64,000 bases of DNA from Trichinella spiralis (taxonomy: Eukaryota). Location: positions 188,487-252,486 of the forward strand of contig NW_003526943.1 of NCBI RefSeq assembly GCF_000181795.1, given 5' to 3'. The position numbers and the translations under genes are program-made. Position 1 is the first letter of the stretch. Every line of letters starts with the position of its first letter. This document shows, piece by piece, positions 49,100 through 64,000 of the stretch. Below the pieces are notes generated by a model that had not been told where the DNA came from, searched no databases, and worked only from the letters and a program-made list of their open reading frames with translations.

Positions 49100-50614
49100 T
49101 TTTTCCAAAATACTTACTTTTTAGTTCAAATTACTGGCATTTTTTTCAGGACTTCGTCTGCCTATTTTCCTTTGCCTGGTTTGTTTTTTTCAAAGTAAAA
49201 AAGTAAAAAATTCACTTTCATTAATCACGTAATGAATGCAGAGATGTTTTTTATATCATAAAAAAATTCATTCCAAATAAACAACTCGTTTATCTTTTTT
49301 GCATGTATTTTTGTTAGTTGTACTGTACTGTATAGTTAATGATTATTCTTTGCTTTACAATTTGGCCAATTATGTATGAAGCAAAATTGAAATTTCATTT
49401 TAAATATGAAAATTGGAAAGTTTGCAAACAAAATTTTTTAATCTCTTATTTTGGACTACTATACAACAATATGAACAATGTATTGCTATTTAATTATTAT
49501 CCAATTTACACAATACTTGATATATGCATTTTTTCAGTTAAATATTTAGTTGATGATAAATGTTTTTGAAAATAAATGTTTAAAGAAGAAATTTGTCAAT
49601 GAGCAATAAAAGAAGTATTTTGAACATTTTTATTCTAATAACCGACCAACTGAACATTCAATTTTGCCGTGCATTTTTCAAAATAAGTAACACTACCAAA
49701 TCGAGATCAATAAGCTGCTGCTCAAGGGAAGGACAGTCATACGGGATTGGACCATCACAACAATCTGTCATGCATTAAGTGTCCTCTTTAATCCAGTTGG
49801 TCACAGTTTCATACTTATTAACGATGGGGAAACTGGAGTAGTGGAAAATCAATGTCCAGCTAAACTTTTAAAGGGTTTGTTTAAAAATTAGGAAATCGCC
49901 ACCATTTACGCCAATCAACCAGCCCATTATTGCTTTCTTTCAAACGGTTGTTCAGCTCTTTCTCCACAAAGTCACTTCATTCATTTTTTTAAATTTGCAT
50001 ATTAGAAGGAAGTAATTTGAAAACAAAAAATTTATGATAATGCTAATAAAAGACTTAGCAGATCAAAAATTTTCTATGTTTGCAATTTTATTTTGAAAAG
50101 TTTACAATCTTTTCTATTGCCCTTTTCTACTTGAAGCAACAACCTCTGCCATCGGCACCGCAGCTTTTGCCCAGACGCAAGCAGAAGATTTTGCTTTTAT
50201 TCCTCTCTCTCTCTCTCTCTTTGGTGCTTCTTGTTTCTTCTTTGTTATAGTTTTCAATTAAATTTTTACCCTAGTCACCTCAGGGATTTCCTTTAAGATT
50301 TTTGTCAACGCTAAGCAGAATGTATAGCACTCTGGGGATGGTTGGTTTTAAAACAGCAAGATTAAAAATTTGTTTTCTGCGTCAGCACGGTGAGCGTGTT
50401 TGTTGTTTTTTTAATTTATGAAAATTTTTTAATTTATGGAAAATATTGTTTGCACTTTGCATTTCATTGCTAAATTTGAAAATGATGCATTATTGAAAAG
50501 TTCTGAAATTTCAATTTCAAAAGTAGACTAATAAATTAACATCTTTAGATATAGAGAAGTTCAATTGTTCGGCTTAGTTCCGTCTTCTAACGACTGCGGC
50601 GGTTGTTTGCAAAT

Positions 50615-56668
<6,054 letters not shown>

Positions 56669-57277
56669 TAACTTCACTGTCTTCCTATTTTTTCACAACT
56701 TCATCTCTCTGATAACATCCAAGTTTGTATTGCGTGCTGTTGCAGTTATTATTTAAAGTAAATTATGTTTTCATTTAATCAAAATCTCAAATACTGAGCA
56801 AATTCATCAACGTCAAAAGTTATTGCAATTGTTTGAAACGCAAATCTAAATCAGAATTGTGAAAAATGTAAAACGATTCTTTTTTGATTGACATTTATTT
56901 TGAAAATATAATTATGAACAAAAGTCGAGCAATTTAAATTCAAGCAACTCAACTTTGAGGATACAAAATAAGCAAAAGCATCCGCCCAAGAACGAAATGC
57001 CCGCCAAAAATGAACAATCACAATATCGCTGCACTCACTATTATAATAAGCACAAGAATCAAAAATGCAAGAATTCTAAAAATTATATTAATAAAAAATG
57101 AAGAACGAACACATTTCAATCAAGCATAACTATTGGAAACCCAAAGCTGTAAAAAGTGCTCCAAAATGTGTAACTTGAACGCCAAGCAGCTTCTTCTTAT
57201 CTAACGGCTGACGACATCTAACAAGAAATAATAAATAACAAGGCAACTATGGTACATCGAACAAAGTGAAGCAATGT

Positions 57278-60200
57278 TTAATTTTCACGACGAACTCGTC
57301 GACGAGGAGAACGTTCGTTCTGATCACTTTTTTCCATACGGACTGGAGACTGCAAATAAATAAACATTACCAGTTAATTAATCAGCAGTATGTCAGAAAA
57401 AAATTATGAATAAATAAATGCATGCATGCATACATAATCATCGCTGTCATTATCGCTATCACTCCGTTCTTCTTTTGAAAATTCACCAGCATCCTAAAAT
57501 TTGCCATGATTACGATTCATTATCACACATATAAACTTTTTTTTCTCACTCACTTCTGCATTCTGAAAATTCTGTTTTGCATCGTCTTTCACGTCATTAT
57601 CACCTTCTTCACTGCCTTCATCATCAGTAGCTGGAACATCAAATTTCTTCTTCATCCCCACATCCTTCTAAGATGAATAAGGAAATTTATATTTTAAGAA
57701 TAATAATAATAATAATAATTTATCTGCCAAATCATCAGTCGAACCTTCGATGAACCAAAACAATATATGCACACCAAAACAACGGGAATCAAAGTCATCA
57801 CGAAATAAACTGCCCAAAGCCAAGGTCTTGTATTTGCAGCTTCAACCAAACTCTCAAGAACTGACTGTTTCTATAAAATTATATGATATTTTACACTAAA
57901 TTAAATTATGATACAAATAATTTGATAGTCCATGTGCTAACACTCGATGAGCTTCCTTCGACCGAGGCTTTTGCCGCCCAAGTTTTTGAAGCAAAATTAT
58001 CCGCCACTTCCTTTTTATCAGTGATCAGAAAATTATCGAAAAAAATGCCATCACTCATGGTCCATAATTCAATACCAATTGCCGCCTTAAAATTTAAATA
58101 AATAACAAAGAATATTATATTTTCAGTTGTTATCTAAACGTACAATTGGTTCCATTGTAGAAAATATATTCTCAACATCAAAATAATCTGGATTCGGTAT
58201 TTGACGGGGCTTCCATTTACCCTAAAAATCAAATGCATTAAACTAATCGTAAAAGTAATAAACGTAACACAAATATGCCTTGTATGCAGGATTTTTTATC
58301 ATGGGTGGTAACCATTTTCCTTTGTATGCCGGATTCCTTTTTGTAGGACGTTTCCATTCACCACAACCAGGTGCAGACGCACATTTTGGATTTTCTAGCA
58401 ACAAAACAATTTATAAAACTGAACTACGTTTTAACGTATAACTACTGATTAAAGGTGCTTCGTAAGTTCCATCCACCTCTTCATCCCTGAAATTTAAATC
58501 ATCGTTATATACAGAAAAATCTTTAAATTTCATTTACAAACCAATCCGAAGGTTTTTCTGCTTTATCATCAGGAATGTATTCTGACTCATCATCTAGCCA
58601 ACCTGATGGTTTCTCCGCATTATCGTCTTCAATATACTCTGGAGCATTTTCATCCCTTAATAAATAATTATAAAATAATAATAATTCATCTCACAAACTG
58701 AAACCTACCAATCATCTGGTTTCACTGCCTTTGAATCTGGTATCCTGAAATCAGACAGAAGTAAAAATAACAATTTTCCTTCAAATAACTTTCATCAACT
58801 CTTCTCTTTCGTCCCAATCTTCTGGTTTTCTATCATTTGGATCATCAATTTCTTCGGGTGGAATTATGCTAGGTCTAAATTTGCACAATTAAACAACAAA
58901 CACTTATAAATAAGCATATTTAAATTATACTCTAGGCTAGTCTTCAAATTGCCACGCACAATTTCTTTCTGATCAATATAAATAACATATGAGTCATCCG
59001 GATTCAACACTGAAATAATTTCTGATAGATTCAAAAATATCGTTATAACAACTGTATATTTACCAAGAGTGTAAAGATGCGTTTTTCGATCGGTAAAGTA
59101 ACTTTCAATTGGTTGAGTGCTTTGCGGTGCTGCATGTTCCTATATTCAACAGAATTTCAATACAAAGAATAAATCAAAGTTAATCATATGCTGTAATACC
59201 GCATATTCTTCTGAAAATGGATTTTTATAACGAATAATAAAATGCACTTTGGCATTTAAGCCACATTTATCTGGCCCAAACATTATCACGTAAGGCGTTT
59301 TGTCCACAAATTCAGTCTAAAAATAATGATGAAAATTTTAAAAGGTATATTATTGAATAAATAACTTACTAGCTTCAAAGTAGGCAAATGAGTAAGTAAT
59401 TTAATGTAGGCACCACCACATTCTTGACCTTCTTGAAATTTGACATCATACCTTTTGATAAAAAAAAAATAGAAATTACAATAGATAAAACTGCAAAAAT
59501 TAACATTTACTGAACAATGAGTGGCTTCTTGCTAGAAAAGTGAAATATACGGTCCAATTTAGAAGAAATTGCATGATGACGCGCTTTTTTCTAAAATCCA
59601 AGGTTCACAGTCATGCAAAATAAAGTTCAACAAAGTAATTTAACAAATTTACTTTAACAATTAATCCGTAATCATATTTCAACAAAGGTTCATTCCATTC
59701 TCCAATAGCCCATTCTCCTAAAGAATTTAGCATAAATTTATATAGACAACTACATAAACTTGTATACCGTCATATTTTGCAATATCTTCATCGACCCCTT
59801 CCTTTTTTGCCATAGACAAAATCCATCTAAATAAATTGAATAATAAAATGCCATACAAAACTGAACTAGAATTAACTTTATGTTCAAGCATTCATTTCTT
59901 ACAAAACCAATTCGTTCATTAAACATTAATTCAAAATATCAATAATCAAAAATTAGATATTGTTAAAAATTTAATTATTTTTCATACAGTGTAGGTATTG
60001 AACAAAGTATAACGACTTTACTTTTCAAAGGAAAATTGCTAAACGGTTCTCATATATTAAAAATATGAAAAATAGAGCAACTCGAACTTGATAATCATTA
60101 CAGTATAAAAGTAACGAATAAAGAATTGTAAAAATGTGTCCGAAAATGTCTCTGAAAATGATAAATAAAATAAAAATATTCATCTCTTATATCCATGTAG

Positions 60201-60915
60201 AGCTTTAACACAACTTGAAAAAAAATATTTTCAAAGCATACTTCTTTCCAATAGTATTTGTGTGTTTGAATGGATCAGCAAAGTACGCACCGGGCGGCGA
60301 AGCAGGAGTCTCATAGGAAACTGCAACGACCTAAATTAACAGTTTTACAAAAAAAGTTAGATGAGTACTACAAATGAACTGTTTTCATCAAATTCATTCA
60401 AATAAACACAATATTCACAGGTATATAGTAATATGAATACACAGAGTTAACAACCGTAAAATTCAATTATTTATTTAAGTGCTCAAATGCAGTATTCAGA
60501 GCCAAGAATGAAATAACAGATTTTAAAACCTGATGAATATGACTAAAAACAAAGGCCAAAATTTTTCAAAGAACTTACAACCTCTAAAAAGAATCTTAAC
60601 TATTACTGTTCAAGCTACAAATCGCAGCATAGAAATGTAAAATACTATGGCATTTCTCTATCAAGATAAATTGGATAAAAACATTTAACACACTAACAAG
60701 AATGACCATCATCATAAAAAATCATCAATGTTAAAAAACATCGAAAAAAATATTTCATAAAGGATACATAACATATATTTAAGTTTGAAAAAGAGCATAC
60801 AGCTAATTTTCATAGATTTCCATCTTACCTTCTCACTTTTTGAAGATTCACTTTCAGAACCATGCAGAAAACTGATTGAACATAAAAACACGATCAATAA
60901 AGAAATACTTTTCAT
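57278..60915 (-). CDS. cnx-1: Calnexin
   Basis: Signal peptide [40 protein letters not shown]-domain repeats ([18 protein letters not shown]), [22 protein letters not shown], a TM segment and an acidic tail ending [11 protein letters not shown] (stop 57278-57280). About 20 short exons. Confidence 0.93.
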
Positions 60916-62139
60916 GATGAATGCTAAAAAACCACAAAATTATTCAGATCCAACTAAACACTGAAATTAAACATGCAGCCGTTGAACACCAACCAGTTCA
61001 AAAATAAAAAATTAACAACACTGAAAGCTTTTAAAATAAAATAGATAATTAAATTTACAAAATGAAATAATAGGATAATAAAATAATAATAGATAATTAA
61101 ATAAATAGTCTGAAAAAATTAAGACGTAAATACAAAAGTAAGGATAAGTACAAAAAATACATAGAAATAAAGACAACTAAATGTAAATGAAGAATTCATA
61201 AATCAAGAAAAACGAATAAATAAAAGTTATATCGTTTACCAGCATACCTTGCAAAAATCAAAGAATACCTTCCAATGCTGATGCGCGTATCTGAGGATAG
61301 CTTAACTGAACTAAGGTATCAATGCAATACTCAACGTCATTCATAAATGAACATAATCATCAATTTAATGTAAAATCATACTGTATTTACAATACTTCTT
61401 TATTGAACTGATTAATAATAATTAGAGTATAAAATGCAAATATTTCTCCTAAAAATATTAATTATATAATTAATAAGACATATGAATATTTTTAAAGTAG
61501 AAATGCAATCAGGCAAACAAAATCCTTTTACATTTTCATAAATCAATGCTGTAAAATTAGCAATGTAAGTATACCTTATCAGATTTACAATCCTGATAAT
61601 TTTTCCTTATTTTAATTCTTTGAAATGCTTTATAAAATTAAGATTATTTTGAATGAAAATTGCAAGAAATTAAATTTTAGAGAATACAGCAATTGTAATG
61701 CTTACTAATAAAAGATATAAAATACTCTCATAATATGCAAAATATAATTTAGATAATATTTTTAGATGTAATAAATGTTTAGAACTTACGAATTATGGGT
61801 AGGAAAGAAATAAAAATAATTTAAACAAATTATGTAAAATTAAGCAAATATGTTTATTCAATATAATGCTTGCTGTAATTCGGATTACGTTTTGTATTTA
61901 ATTCATTTATTTAGTACTGTTAAGTTTTTATAATGAGCAATTTTTAAAGTGGTTTTTAAAATGGCTTAAATTTTTGATCTTCAGAGGCGACACTTTTTTC
62001 CATTATTATACATTATTTTTACTTAACATTCATTAAGATACTGTATTTTGTGAGTTTGATTTTGGTTTTGTTTGGCTTTTTTATAGTTTTGGTTTTCAAG
62101 CTGTTTTATATAATTATTTAGTTTAGTTTTGTTTAACAG

Positions 62140-64000
62140 ATGGAAACTGCCGAGAAACCAAAGAGTCTGACTGAAGATGAAGCGAAGGTTTACGATCGAC
62201 AAATGCGACTGTGGGGAGTTAATGGACAGAAGAAGTAAATTTTTGTTAAATTTTCATAGATTTTAAATTTTAATGATAAAGAAAGAAATTCTTTAATGTA
62301 AAATCAGTTATATATATGTTTTAGAATTAGAGAATTTTCTGTAATACTTTGTGGAGTTAATGACATCGGCGCTGAAATGGCGAAAAATTTAATTCTTTCT
62401 GGTATAAAGCAACTAACTCTTATCGATGATACTGTCGTGAATGATGAGCGTACAAGTTTGCTTATTAAAAAAAATTCGATTGGGATGTTGGTATAATTTA
62501 ATATTGATTTTTGGTTTTATTGAAATTAGTTTAAATGGTAAATCTTTTATTGCAAATTATTCATTCCAGCGTTCTGAAGCGTCAAGAGAAGTTTGTCAGC
62601 AGTTTAACCCTTCTGTTGAAGTCAAAGTAGAATCAGTGAAATCATTGAACGAGACTTTACTGGAAGGTTGCGATTTCCTCGTTGATGCAAATGGAAATTT
62701 TAAGTTCTCGTTGCATTTGCATCATTTATGCTCTGTTTCCAAAGTAAGCTATATGTGCTGTACATCATTGGGTGTGTATTCTTTTTATTCTATGAACTGC
62801 TTCTCATCCAATGAAGATAAGTAAGTGATTTTTTTATTTTTCAGTTTTTGTAATTAAATTATATTTTATATGATTGTTATATACATTCTCATACATTTAC
62901 AAAATGAATGATATTAACGTAACTATAAAGGTATTTCGTATTAGAGAGTTTTTATTAAATGCTTTTGGCCATTATTATAGACAAGACAATCTTTGACGAA
63001 TTATTCTGTTTTTTATCTTATTTCATTATTATGCACTTGTGACTATGTTAAGCGGGATAATTTTTTAATGTTTATCTCTACACTGTAGTGCTCCCGTTAA
63101 TTCAGTTTTTGTAAGATTCTGTTTGAATGCTGGAACTGTTCTTGGTCCGTGAAATGTTAAAATTTTATTTATATTCAATACTTTTCATTTTTAGAAATTT
63201 TGAAGTTCCTACAAAAGCATTGCATTTGGATGACAGTGAGAAGGTAATCATATCTCATTTGTATATATTTTTTCAGTTCTTAAATTTTATCTTTATGTAA
63301 CATTTAAATTTCAGAAGCTTCTTGTTTTGCTTAAATGATAATTCGATGAAAAGTGATTTTATGTAACTAGATTTGACTGTACTGCTAATAGTTATTTATA
63401 TGTCGAATTTTTCATCATTTAATAGACATCGATTGTGCTGTGATGAATTTGTGGTCACTGATGAAATAGAGATATTCAGAAAATTTATAAATATTTTAAA
63501 TGAATTAACTTATTTATAGTGACCAGTGTGGCTTTGGATTTTTTAAGCGTGTACTGCATTAGCTTTTGTAGTGACTTATTTTTTTAGAATGCTGATGTTG
63601 ATCGGGAAATTCTAAATTTAGTTAATAATAAGCAGTTCAGATCTGTGAAGAAGTGCTTCCTGATCATTTGTGGTAAGTCTTTTTTGATTTAATAATGTTC
63701 ATTATCGTTCATGTGTTTTTTATTTTCAGCTAAACTGCTTTTTGAAATGAAGCATGACCGAATGCTTGATTTCAAACGTTATCCAGATGATACTGATGAA
63801 TTTTTGGCTATGTTTGATAAAGTAAAAGCAAGAATAATGGATAAATCGGATGTGAAAGTTGCCAAAGAAGAATTAATGTGATTCAGATTCGTCTTAATTA
63901 GTTTTAAATATGCGAATTTTATTTCATTGTATATTTCAGCAACTTAACTGTGCGCCTGCCAGCCCTAAGTTCAGTTCTAGCTGGAACAGCATCTTCAACA
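62140..64000 (+). CDS. aos-1: SUMO-activating enzyme subunit 1 (SAE1/Aos1), runs off the window end
   Basis: LTEDEAKVYDRQMRLWGVNGQKK, GAEMAKNLILSGIKQLTLIDD, QQFNPSVEV. Exons from 62140 to the window end; the C-terminal part is diverged. Confidence 0.85.

Noticed and set aside
33559..49778. Numerous 60-85 aa ORFs in the intergenic desert
   Set aside because: Low-complexity F/I/L/K-rich translations of AT-rich DNA with no recognisable motifs or exon chains.

Overview
AT-rich, intron-rich eukaryotic DNA with many ~50-70 nt introns. It is almost certainly a clade I nematode, and a Trichinella-like origin is inferred from a non-canonical spliced-leader RNA gene and from the MULE and Gypsy family signatures. 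Protein genes: SMG6/EST1A (0.6-6.2 kb), the 3' half of a RECQL5-type helicase (8.5-11.2 kb), an Sts/UBASH3-type histidine-phosphatase homologue with its catalytic His replaced (22.1-24.2 kb), a muscle LIM protein gene built from duplicated half-domain exons (27.5-29.3 kb), a polypeptide GalNAc-transferase (minus, 30.5-33.5 kb), a CCK-type neuropeptide GPCR (50.6-56.7 kb), calnexin (minus, 57.3-60.9 kb) and SAE1/aos-1 (62.1 kb to window end). The 6.6-21.4 kb interval is a repeat-rich accessory zone. It holds FLYWCH-MULE remnants, a triply nested LTR insertion with readable target-site duplications, a second Gypsy fragment, an eIF3k pseudogene and a candidate SL RNA gene at 16801-16895. The most notable observations are the 2x2 combinatorial LIM exon layout, the SL RNA gene, the myristoylated pseudophosphatase, and a solo LTR inserted in another element's primer-binding site. 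All exon boundaries were read by eye and are approximate unless stated otherwise.
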